Below are positions 56,295-64,000 of a DNA stretch of 64,000 bases, in pieces; position 1 is the first letter of the stretch; every line of letters begins with the position of its first letter. The notes below the pieces were generated by a model. It ran no database searches. It was not told the DNA's origin and saw only the letters and a list, made by a program, of their open reading frames with translations. Made by a program: the position numbers and the translations under genes. This DNA is from an uncultured Azospirillum sp. (GTDB lineage Bacteria; Pseudomonadota; Alphaproteobacteria; RF32; CAG-239), in assembly GCA_900538765.1 (NCBI GenBank), contig UQAB01000002.1, positions 82,046 to 146,045 of the forward strand. The letters run 5' to 3'.

Positions 56295-56382
56295 AAGAAA
56301 GAGTTCGACAAGGACGAGAGGCAGACGCAAGTATGCCGCTGAGGCGAAGCCGAACGAGGACGCAGCGGCCAAGGCTTTTTGC

Positions 56383-56420
56383 AAAAAAAAGAGCAGAATT
56401 CATCCCCCTGCTCTTTTTTT
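56383..56420. terminator. Bidirectional terminator
   Basis: A8, stem AGAGCAG/CTGCTCT, T7. Serves the minus-strand gene ending at 56426. Confidence 0.7.
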
Positions 56421-56425
56421 CACGT

Positions 56426-57103
56426 TTACACCTGGTCTATGCTTCTTTTGACATGCGCCAAAATCTCATCAACCGTTTCATCAAAAGCCAGTTTCATGTC
56501 CATTATATCCAAAACCTTAGCCGCCAAAGACAATGAACGGTCATAATCGGCTTCATCATCAATACCGGCTTTCCACATGGCCTCTTTTTTGCTAAAACTG
56601 TCATTAATACCGATAAGTTTCAGACAGTCGGCTCTGTATTGCGGCGGAACATCAACAAATCCCCGCGGCTTGAGCATATCTTCCCAGTAATCGGCCTGAC
56701 GCACAACCCAGCGGCTGTATTCCACATCCGGCATACACCGTGCATCATCATATAACATCTCATTGACATTATAAAGATGCGTCACCACATGAACATGCTC
56801 CCAGTTGTTTTCCTGCGCTTTTTGAACAACTTCTTCATAAAAAGCACGGCTGTCTTTTTTTGTTACCCCCTCGCAAAGACGATTGTCCTCAAACAACGGC
56901 GCACAATCGGTCATCAGTGAAATCACCTGAGCCGTCGCTGCACAACGCGGTGTCGGAGAATAAAAAATCGCATCAACCTTTTTAGCCTGACGAACCAACA
57001 GCGGACAAAGCAGACCTGTATCGGCAATACCGAAAGACGTAATCGGAAAAGCAGACATCATTTCATAAGCGGCATGACGTCCGACAGTCAAATAAACACT
57101 CAT
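56426..57103 (-). CDS. Histidine-phosphatase-superfamily-like protein (tentative)
   Basis: 225 aa. VGRHAAY (RHG-like), YSPTPRCAATAQ (SP..R...TA) and HVVTH resemble PGAM/SixA-type motifs. Assignment is from motif memory only. Confidence 0.45.
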   Translation of the reverse strand: MSVYLTVGRHAAYEMMSAFPITSFGIADTGLLCPLLVRQAKKVDAIFYSPTPRCAATAQVISLMTDCAPLFEDNRLCEGVTKKDSRAFYEEVVQKAQENNWEHVHVVTHLYNVNEMLYDDARCMPDVEYSRWVVRQADYWEDMLKPRGFVDVPPQYRADCLKLIGINDSFSKKEAMWKAGIDDEADYDRSLSLAAKVLDIMDMKLAFDETVDEILAHVKRSIDQV

Positions 57104-57177
57104 AATTGTAAATTTTATAAATTAGACATAAAAATTAATTTTCAGGCTATTCTAACCTTACTTTGTTGAAAGTCAAT

Positions 57178-57774
57178 TTATTTTTTGCTGATAAATTTCG
57201 ACCCTTTAATATAATAACGCCACGGTTTATCTTTATATTCCTCGGCATAATCAATTCCGACCCGCGGCACGGCAACACAAACGCAAGCCTTGGTTTTTGG
57301 CGACAACCAAACTTCATCTCCGGACAAATCGGCGCCGTTCAGGCCGCGGTCAATTGCCAAAGCCTGACAAAGTTTTCCCGGTCCGGTCGTCAAATTCTCA
57401 AGCTTGTCACACTTGCGCAGACGCTTCATGACGTCAATGCCGGCAACAGGTTCAAGACTGCGGATTAGTATGGCGTTGGCCTCGCCTACGCCGCTGACCA
57501 CGACATTAAACTGGTTATACATCCCGTAAACAAAGAAAACATAAGCCACACCGCCTTTCTCAAACATAACGGCATTGCGCTTGGTTTTGCGGTTCAGATA
57601 AGCATGACAGGCCTTGTCTTCCGCCCCGATATAAACTTCCAGCTCAGTAATTTTTCCGGCCAATACTTCTCCCGTCGGCAAGCGGCGGCATAAATAAGCG
57701 CCAAGCAAAACTTCTCGAGCCACGTCAAAAGGCTCGCGCAAATAATCTTCTTCCCTGATTCGCTCGTCAAACAT
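57178..57774 (-). CDS. mpg: DNA-3-methyladenine glycosylase (Mpg/AAG family)
   Basis: 198 aa. ITELEVY.G..D.A.HA, FFVYGMYN.FNVV and RVGI motifs. Confidence 0.85.
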   Translation of the reverse strand: MFDERIREEDYLREPFDVAREVLLGAYLCRRLPTGEVLAGKITELEVYIGAEDKACHAYLNRKTKRNAVMFEKGGVAYVFFVYGMYNQFNVVVSGVGEANAILIRSLEPVAGIDVMKRLRKCDKLENLTTGPGKLCQALAIDRGLNGADLSGDEVWLSPKTKACVCVAVPRVGIDYAEEYKDKPWRYYIKGSKFISKK

Positions 57775-57843
57775 AAAACATTCCTCACAAAAAAAGTATC
57801 TTGCCGTAACAAGATACTTTCCTTTTAGTTAAAATTGCCCTAA

Positions 57844-58047
57844 CTAGGCCAACTTCAGATTTCCGGCTGAAGTCTTGCCTTTTTCGGTAATCAACTCATA
57901 AGATACTTTCTCATTTTCGTTCAGGCTTCTCATGCCGGCTTTTTCAACCGCTGAGATGTGAACAAAAACATCTGCCCCACCGTTGTCAGGCTGGATAAAT
58001 CCATAACCTTTTTTAGAGTTAAACCATTTAACTGTTCCTGTTGCCAT
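57844..58047 (-). CDS. cspA: Cold-shock protein (CspA family)
   Basis: 67 aa. GTVKWFNSKKGYGFI (RNP1) and VFVHIS (RNP2). Confidence 0.95.
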   Translation of the reverse strand: MATGTVKWFNSKKGYGFIQPDNGGADVFVHISAVEKAGMRSLNENEKVSYELITEKGKTSAGNLKLA

Positions 58048-58222
58048 TGTATTAAATCCTTATATAACAGGTTGTAACAACGTTAACTTAACGCAAAACA
58101 TCAAGCAACGAAATAACATCTTTCTCATTGTGGGGGTATCTTATTTAAGGCTAGATTATTCAGATAATTAGATAAATAAAAAAAACTCATAAACCACAGA
58201 GCTGCGCTATTCATTTATTATA
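58048..58222 (-). promoter_or_regulatory. Putative cspA promoter and long 5' UTR
   Basis: TATAAT on the minus strand at 58217-58222 would give a leader of about 160 nt, a length typical of csp mRNAs. The -35 is weak. Confidence 0.35.
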
Positions 58223-58314
58223 GTAAGCTAAATAAATTAAATAGCAAGCAAAATAAAAATTATTTTTCCTTACAGTATAATTTATACTTGCCCATGCTGC
58301 TATACAAACTTTTC

Positions 58315-60168
58315 CTAGCGCTCAAACAACTTCGCCACCTGCCCCACCTTTAACTCCACATAAGTCGGCCGTCCGTGGTTGCATTGCCCGGAATGTTCTG
58401 TTTGTTCCATTTCGCGTAACAGATGGTTCATTTCTTCTATAGTCAGACGACGGCCGGCCCGGACTGAACCATGACAGGCAATTGTTGCGCAAACCAGATG
58501 AAGTTTTTCGCTAAGAGAATATTCTTTACCCCATTCGGCCATTTCCTGAGCCAAATCTTCAACCAGTTTTTTGACATTGCAATCACCAAGAAGCGCCGGA
58601 ATCTCCTGAACAATAACCGCTGACGGCCCAAATTCCTCAATCACCAGACCAAGCTTCTTAAGCTCTTCCGCCGCTTCGATAATCCGGGTTTTGTCGCTGA
58701 GCGGCAGCTCCACAACTTCGGGAATAAGCATCATCTGCGTCGCAATCCGCTGCTCATTCATCAGACTGCGCTTGAGCTTTTCCATAACGATACGCTCATG
58801 CGCCGCGTGCTGGTCAATAATGATAATGCTGTCTTCATTTTGGGAAATAATATAAGTATCATGAAACTGCGCCTTTGCCAGTCCCAAATACCCCGGTTCT
58901 TCAGCATTGATACCGCAATTTTCAGCCACTGTCGCCGCAGAAGGAACCTCATCGGCCTTAACCGAATAAGCCCTCTCCAACTCAGGCAAAGCCGCCTGAC
59001 GCCTGGGCGCAGCATAAGGCAGCGGTGACAGCAAAAAAGAACGCCGCGGCTGAACATCTGACAGACTATGCTCCTGCAAAACGGCAGTATCGTCACTTGA
59101 AGTTTGTGTGATACATGACTGATTTTCATGAACAAATTCAGAAATATTAATTGTTTCAGCCGAACGATTGGCACCATTGTTCAACGCATAACGGATAGCA
59201 CTGACCAACAGCCCGCGCACCAGGGCATTGTCATAAAAACGGACTTCCGCCTTGGTCGGATGCACGTTCACGTCGACATAAGCCGGGTCAATATCAAAAA
59301 ACAAAGCGCACAAAGGATAACGATTGGAAGCCAGCACATCCTGATAAGCACCTCTGATAGCACCCAGCAACAGCTTGTCACGCACCGGACGATTGTTAAC
59401 AAAAAGATATTGGTTAAGTGAATTGGCTTTGTTCAAAGTCGGCAACGACACAAAACCGCTGATACGCAAATTATCCCGCTCCGCGTCAATCGGCAGCGAA
59501 TTTTCGCCGAAATCGCGTCCCATAACCTCGGCCAATCGCTGCAGCCGCGCGTCAAACAATTCGCCCTGACAGGCATTCAGGGAAATTTTTCTTTTGCCGT
59601 CTATCGTCAGATAAAAAGAAACCTGCGGATTAGCCATAGCAATACGATTCATCATGTCCGCACACTGCCCGCTCTCCGACTGCGACGTTTTCAAAAACTT
59701 AAGCCGCGCCGGTGTGGAATAAAACAAATCCCGCACCTCAATCCGCGTTCCCTGCGGATAGGCCGCCGGCACGGGCTCGCCCTTTTCGCCGCCGTTAACC
59801 TCTATTTTCCAGGCCGTATCCGCGCCCTTTGCCCGGGACGTAATTGCCAGCCGCGCCACAGAGGAAATAGACGGTAACGCTTCGCCGCGAAACCCCAGAA
59901 AATTGATGTTGAACAAATCATCGTCCGGCAGCTTTGACGTTGCATGGCGCTCCACGGCAAGTTTCAGTTCTTCCGGTGTCATGCCCTTGCCGTTGTCCAC
60001 CACCGTAATCAGGCTTTTGCCGCCGTCGACCAAAGTAACTTCCACGGAAGTCGCCCCGGCGTCAATCGCATTTTCCACCAGCTCCTTAACCACCGAAGAC
60101 GGACGCTCAATCACCTCGCCTGCGGCGATTTGGTTAACCAGATTGGACGGCAGGATTCTTATCGGCAT
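58315..60168 (-). CDS. mutL: DNA mismatch repair protein MutL
   Basis: GHKL ATPase N-terminus NQIAAGEVIERP, DNGKGM. C-terminal dimerisation/endonuclease region. Confidence 0.95.
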   Translation of the reverse strand: MPIRILPSNLVNQIAAGEVIERPSSVVKELVENAIDAGATSVEVTLVDGGKSLITVVDNGKGMTPEELKLAVERHATSKLPDDDLFNINFLGFRGEALPSISSVARLAITSRAKGADTAWKIEVNGGEKGEPVPAAYPQGTRIEVRDLFYSTPARLKFLKTSQSESGQCADMMNRIAMANPQVSFYLTIDGKRKISLNACQGELFDARLQRLAEVMGRDFGENSLPIDAERDNLRISGFVSLPTLNKANSLNQYLFVNNRPVRDKLLLGAIRGAYQDVLASNRYPLCALFFDIDPAYVDVNVHPTKAEVRFYDNALVRGLLVSAIRYALNNGANRSAETINISEFVHENQSCITQTSSDDTAVLQEHSLSDVQPRRSFLLSPLPYAAPRRQAALPELERAYSVKADEVPSAATVAENCGINAEEPGYLGLAKAQFHDTYIISQNEDSIIIIDQHAAHERIVMEKLKRSLMNEQRIATQMMLIPEVVELPLSDKTRIIEAAEELKKLGLVIEEFGPSAVIVQEIPALLGDCNVKKLVEDLAQEMAEWGKEYSLSEKLHLVCATIACHGSVRAGRRLTIEEMNHLLREMEQTEHSGQCNHGRPTYVELKVGQVAKLFER

Positions 60169-60174
60169 ATGCTT

Positions 60175-61824
60175 CTACTTTCTCATCGCCCGGATTGTCT
60201 TAATCAACGCATTGGTAGAACTGTCATGCTTCAGCTCATAAACATTATTCTGCAGTTCCGGCAGAATATTCAAAGCCATCTGCTTGCCGAGTTCAACCCC
60301 CATTTGGTCATAAGAATCGATATTCCAAACCATTCCCTGAACAAAAACCTTGTGTTCATACATGGCAATCAGGGCTCCGAGAGAATACGGGTCGACTTTT
60401 TTCAGCAAAATCAAATTGGAAGGACGGTTTCCCGGGAAACTCTTGAATTTTTTCAGAAAACTGATTTCTTCCTTGGACTTTCCGGCTTTTTTCAGTTCAT
60501 CCGCCGCTTCTTTCTCGGTTTTTCCTTTCATCAGTGCCTCGCCCTGCGCCAAAACATTAGCCAGCAAAATCGCATGATGATCGCCGATTTCATTATGCGA
60601 AATGGCGGGAATGATAAAATCGCACGGCACCGGTTCCGTTCCCTGATGAATCAGCTGGAAGAAAGAATGCTGCACATTCGTTCCCGCGCCGCCGAACAAC
60701 ACCGGTCCCGTGGCATATTTGATAAAATCACCGTTAACGTCAACAAATTTGCCGTTTGATTCCATATCCAGCTGCTGCAGATAAGCCGGCAGATATTGCA
60801 AATACTGGTCATAAGGAATAACCGCATAACGGTGAATACCCATAAAATTATTGTACCAAATGCCGAGCATCGCCAAAACGACCGGAATATTATTCTCCAG
60901 CGGCGTTTCCTGAAAATGCTTGTCCATAGCATAAGCGCCGTCCAGCATTTTTTCAAAATTATCCATACCGACAGCAATGGCAATGGACAGACCGATAGCC
61001 GACCACATGGAATAACGGCCGCCGACAAAATCCCAGAATTCAAACATATTCTCGGGATTAATGCCAAATTCGCGCACTTTCTCGGTATTGGTTGACAGGG
61101 CAACAAAATGCTTGGCTACGGCCGGTTCGCCCAAAGCGTCAACCAGCCACTTGCGGCAGGTTTTGGCGTTTGTCAGGGTTTCAATTGTTGTAAAGGTCTT
61201 GGAAGCAACGATAAACAATGTCGTTTCCGGGTCAACCTTGTCCAGAACCTCGGCGCAGGCCGTCCCGTCAATATTGGAGATAAAATAACAGTTAATCCCC
61301 TTCATCCAGTACTTTTTCAGAGCTTCTGTCGCCATAAACGGCCCAAGGTCGGAACCTCCGATACCGATATTGACGATATTTGTCAGCTTCTTGCCGGTAT
61401 GTCCTTTAAAATTGCCGTAACGAACATCTTCCGAGAACTTGCGCATCTTGGCAAAAACGGCATTAATCTCCGGCATAACATCCTTGCCGTCAACCATAAT
61501 CGGCTTGTTGTCGCGGTTGCGCAGAGCCGTATGCAAAACGGCGCGTCCTTCGGTAATATTGATTTTGTCGCCACGGAACATGGACCTGATTTTATCTTCC
61601 AACCGATGTTCGCGCGCCAAAGACATCAAGAGCGCCATAGTCTTGGCCGATACGCGGTTCTTGGAATAATCAAGTAACAGGGTATCGTCCAATTTCAGGG
61701 TAAACTTGGCCGCCCGGTCGGCGTCCTCGGCAAACAAATCTCTCATTTCCGTTTTTCTGAAATGCTTATAATGGCTTTCCAGTTTTTTCCACGCTTTTGA
61801 TTTGTTAACAGCTCTGTCAAACAT
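60175..61824 (-). CDS. pgi: Glucose-6-phosphate isomerase
   Basis: 549 aa. GIGGSDLGP and other PGI signatures. Confidence 0.95.
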   Translation of the reverse strand: MFDRAVNKSKAWKKLESHYKHFRKTEMRDLFAEDADRAAKFTLKLDDTLLLDYSKNRVSAKTMALLMSLAREHRLEDKIRSMFRGDKINITEGRAVLHTALRNRDNKPIMVDGKDVMPEINAVFAKMRKFSEDVRYGNFKGHTGKKLTNIVNIGIGGSDLGPFMATEALKKYWMKGINCYFISNIDGTACAEVLDKVDPETTLFIVASKTFTTIETLTNAKTCRKWLVDALGEPAVAKHFVALSTNTEKVREFGINPENMFEFWDFVGGRYSMWSAIGLSIAIAVGMDNFEKMLDGAYAMDKHFQETPLENNIPVVLAMLGIWYNNFMGIHRYAVIPYDQYLQYLPAYLQQLDMESNGKFVDVNGDFIKYATGPVLFGGAGTNVQHSFFQLIHQGTEPVPCDFIIPAISHNEIGDHHAILLANVLAQGEALMKGKTEKEAADELKKAGKSKEEISFLKKFKSFPGNRPSNLILLKKVDPYSLGALIAMYEHKVFVQGMVWNIDSYDQMGVELGKQMALNILPELQNNVYELKHDSSTNALIKTIRAMRK

Positions 61825-61827
61825 TTC

Positions 61828-63258
61828 TTATTGCTCCTCCATCTCATTTTTAGTCCCGACGCTGACCCAGACCAAATTATCCCGGCCGAAATACTTCGCT
61901 GCCGCAGTATTGACATCGTCCAGCGTCACTGCATTAACATAATCGTTACGCTTCTGCAGAAAATCGCGTCCCAGATTTTCCTTCTGCATGGCCACCAAAG
62001 TCGCCGCAATATCCGGCAGCGAGGCAAAACGCAGATTATACGACGCCGTCATGTAGTTCCGAGCCTGCTCAAATTCATCTTTTGTCACGCCCTGCCCCAT
62101 TTTAAGCCATTCGGCTTTTACGATTTCCTGAACCTGCTTATAATTGTCCGGCGTAGCCGAAAAACCGCCCTTAATCAGTTTTGCCTTATCATCAATCACC
62201 AGATAGGAACCGACGCTGTAAGTCAGCCCCTTGTCCTCGCGTGCCGCCTTGGACACGCGCGAATTCAGCCCCGAACCGCCAAAAATCTGATTGGCGATAT
62301 AAAGCGGATAAAAATCGGCGTCATTACGGGCAACCCCTTGCGCGGTAAAAATCGCCACGGCTTGCGGCAGTTCTCCACGGACATTTTTCTCATGTCCGTC
62401 AAAATAAACCTTCGCGTCAACAAGCCCACGTAACGGCATCCCCTCCGGCAAACCGCCGAAAACCTTATCCAGCAGCTTTTCAGCCTCCGTACGGGAAATA
62501 TCCCCGGCAATACCGACAATCAAATTACTTCTCGTCAGCTTGTTTTGCATAAACTTTTGCAGTTTTTCCTTGTCCAGCTCCTTTATGTCTGCCTTTTTGC
62601 CGACCGGATTGCGCCCGTAAGGATGGCTGCCGTACAAATCCTGCGCCCACACCAGGCTGAGCAGGCTTTCTGGATATTCCGTCTGACGGTCAATTGCAAC
62701 CAGCATCTGTTCCTTAACGCGTTTCATGTCGCTGCGGTCAAAAGCCGGTTCTGTCAGGGTCAGCTTCAACAAATCGGTCGCCTCACGCAAATTGCTTTTC
62801 AGAGTCTGCATATTACCGCCGAAATCATCTTTATCAGCGCTGTAAGAAATGCTTATCGCTTTATCTTCAAGTATTTCTTTAAGCTGCTGAGAATTATATT
62901 TTCCGGCGCCTTCCGTCAACAGGGAAGCCGTCATATTGGCAACGCCGAACTGCCATTGCGGGTCATAGGCCGAACCGGCATTTTTAAACAGAAAACTGAT
63001 GCTGACAATCGGATTGGTATGGTCTTCAAAATAATAGGCCTTAATCCCTTCGCGTGAAGTGATTTCCTCCACCGGCGCGGCAAAAACTTCGGCTTTAAGC
63101 GCGGAATTTTCCACCAGTTTGTTCGGATTAAAAACCAATGCTTCGTTTAAGCTGCAATAACCGAACCAACCGATACCGGCAACAACCGCTAAACCGAAAA
63201 CAACTTTGAACATCCCGCCCGAAGATTTTTTCTTATGATAAATGCGTCTTGCCATCAC
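61828..63258 (-). CDS. M16-family (pitrilysin-like) peptidase subunit
   Basis: 476 aa with an N-terminal anchor. M16 fold sequence with no obvious HxxEH, so probably the non-catalytic partner. Confidence 0.75.
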   Translation of the reverse strand: MMARRIYHKKKSSGGMFKVVFGLAVVAGIGWFGYCSLNEALVFNPNKLVENSALKAEVFAAPVEEITSREGIKAYYFEDHTNPIVSISFLFKNAGSAYDPQWQFGVANMTASLLTEGAGKYNSQQLKEILEDKAISISYSADKDDFGGNMQTLKSNLREATDLLKLTLTEPAFDRSDMKRVKEQMLVAIDRQTEYPESLLSLVWAQDLYGSHPYGRNPVGKKADIKELDKEKLQKFMQNKLTRSNLIVGIAGDISRTEAEKLLDKVFGGLPEGMPLRGLVDAKVYFDGHEKNVRGELPQAVAIFTAQGVARNDADFYPLYIANQIFGGSGLNSRVSKAAREDKGLTYSVGSYLVIDDKAKLIKGGFSATPDNYKQVQEIVKAEWLKMGQGVTKDEFEQARNYMTASYNLRFASLPDIAATLVAMQKENLGRDFLQKRNDYVNAVTLDDVNTAAAKYFGRDNLVWVSVGTKNEMEEQ

Positions 63259-64000
63259 TGTCTCCCTTTGCCTGCAACCAAAATACCCTGAACATTAATG
63301 GCGTTCATCAGCTCCTGCGCTGCCGCACGGATTTCCGACAAAGAAACATTATTGATGTTGACGTCATAATTTTCAATATCCTCGACACTCATGCCGGAAA
63401 CAGCCAACAGGCCGACAATATTGGCGGCGTCGCGCGGATCATCTTTAAGGTAAGTCAAACCGGCCAGCATCCGTTTTTTCGCCTTTTGCAGTTCTTCCGC
63501 ATTCAGCTCTCGGACAGCTTCATCAACCGCTTCGGTAAGCTTCCCGGAAAATTCTTCGTTACTGAGATTCTCCTTGGGCAGAGCGGCAATCGTAAAAGTA
63601 CCGTAACTCCGCGCCGTCATGTCATAAGACGCCGAAACGCCCACCGCGGCCTCTTCATCCAAAACCAGCTTTTTATAAAGTTTTGACGTTTCGCCGCCGC
63701 CGAGATACTTGGCCAGAACATCCAGCGCAAAAGCCCGGCGTCTGTCCTGAACATAAGACGGCACGACAAAACTCTGCACAAAACGTTTGGTAGCAATCTG
63801 CGGCAGCTTCATTTCCACCTTGGTTGCCGATTTCTTGTCCAGCATAGGGAAGTCGGCCTTCGGCCCGACAGGACGCTTTTCAATATCGCCGTAATATTTG
63901 CGCGCCAGTTCCTGTGCCGTGGCATAATTGACATCGCCTGACAAAACCAGCAGCGCGTTGTTCGGCATATAATAGTCTTTGTAAAAACCTTCCACATCGG
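63255..64000 (-). CDS. M16-family peptidase, C-terminal part (partial, continues past the window)
   Basis: The reading frame is open to the window edge. Sequence YYMPNNALLVLSGDV is typical of the M16 middle region. 4-nt overlap with the downstream subunit. Confidence 0.8.
   Translation of the reverse strand, partial: DVEGFYKDYYMPNNALLVLSGDVNYATAQELARKYYGDIEKRPVGPKADFPMLDKKSATKVEMKLPQIATKRFVQSFVVPSYVQDRRRAFALDVLAKYLGGGETSKLYKKLVLDEEAAVGVSASYDMTARSYGTFTIAALPKENLSNEEFSGKLTEAVDEAVRELNAEELQKAKKRMLAGLTYLKDDPRDAANIVGLLAVSGMSVEDIENYDVNINNVSLSEIRAAAQELMNAINVQGILVAGKGRQ

Noticed and set aside
1-64000. CRISPR arrays, IS elements, integrases, prophage genes, toxin-antitoxin pairs, or known defence systems.
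   Set aside because: I saw no regularly spaced repeats and no transposase, recombinase or phage-like ORFs in any frame. The only HTH regulator (17686-18231) stands alone without a toxin-sized partner.

Overview
This is a chromosomal, mostly housekeeping window. It looks like a moderately low-GC, probably anaerobic alphaproteobacterium. That call is inference from the RecA, S4 and GatCAB sequences and from the rlpA-dac-tmk-holB-tatD-MBL gene order; no search was run and GC was judged by eye.

I support about 60 CDS and three tRNAs (Lys-CTT, Ser-GCT, Ser-TGA), plus a set of intrinsic terminators. I saw no rRNA, CRISPR array, transposase, integrase or phage genes.

Core blocks:
- apbE-rseC-rnfBCDGEA (11115-17573)
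- Cell-wall and replication block: lytic transglycosylase, rlpA, D-Ala-D-Ala carboxypeptidase, tmk, holB, tatD, MBL hydrolase (20176-27062)
- rpsD
- gatCAB, sppA, fabI, recA, cspA, mutL, pgi and a pair of M16 peptidases

Accessory-looking patches:
- A secreted-protein islet next to tRNA-Lys (1835-5758), with two tandem Cys-rich paralogs and two tandem DUF1311-like proteins.
- A DHH phosphoesterase, an orphan 271-aa protein and a family-5 UDG (27086-29571).
- yejE-yejF without yejA/yejB, translationally coupled to an unclassifiable 780-aa membrane protein (29736-35045).
- An AT-rich gene-poor islet (35046-35982).
- A Pmp-repeat autotransporter next to tRNA-Ser, followed closely by DUF4236 and HD genes (39296-44074).

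Non-coding oddities:
- A 196-nt structured or repeat-flanked spacer inside the gatC-gatA operon.
- An inverted degenerate copy of the tRNA-Ser 3' arm just downstream of that tRNA.
- A near-consensus promoter with terminator-like hairpins in a 430-bp gap (6588-7015).

I can name no defence, toxin or secretion system with confidence. The best candidate for something undescribed is the yejEF-linked membrane-protein module, followed by the Cys-rich secreted paralog cluster.
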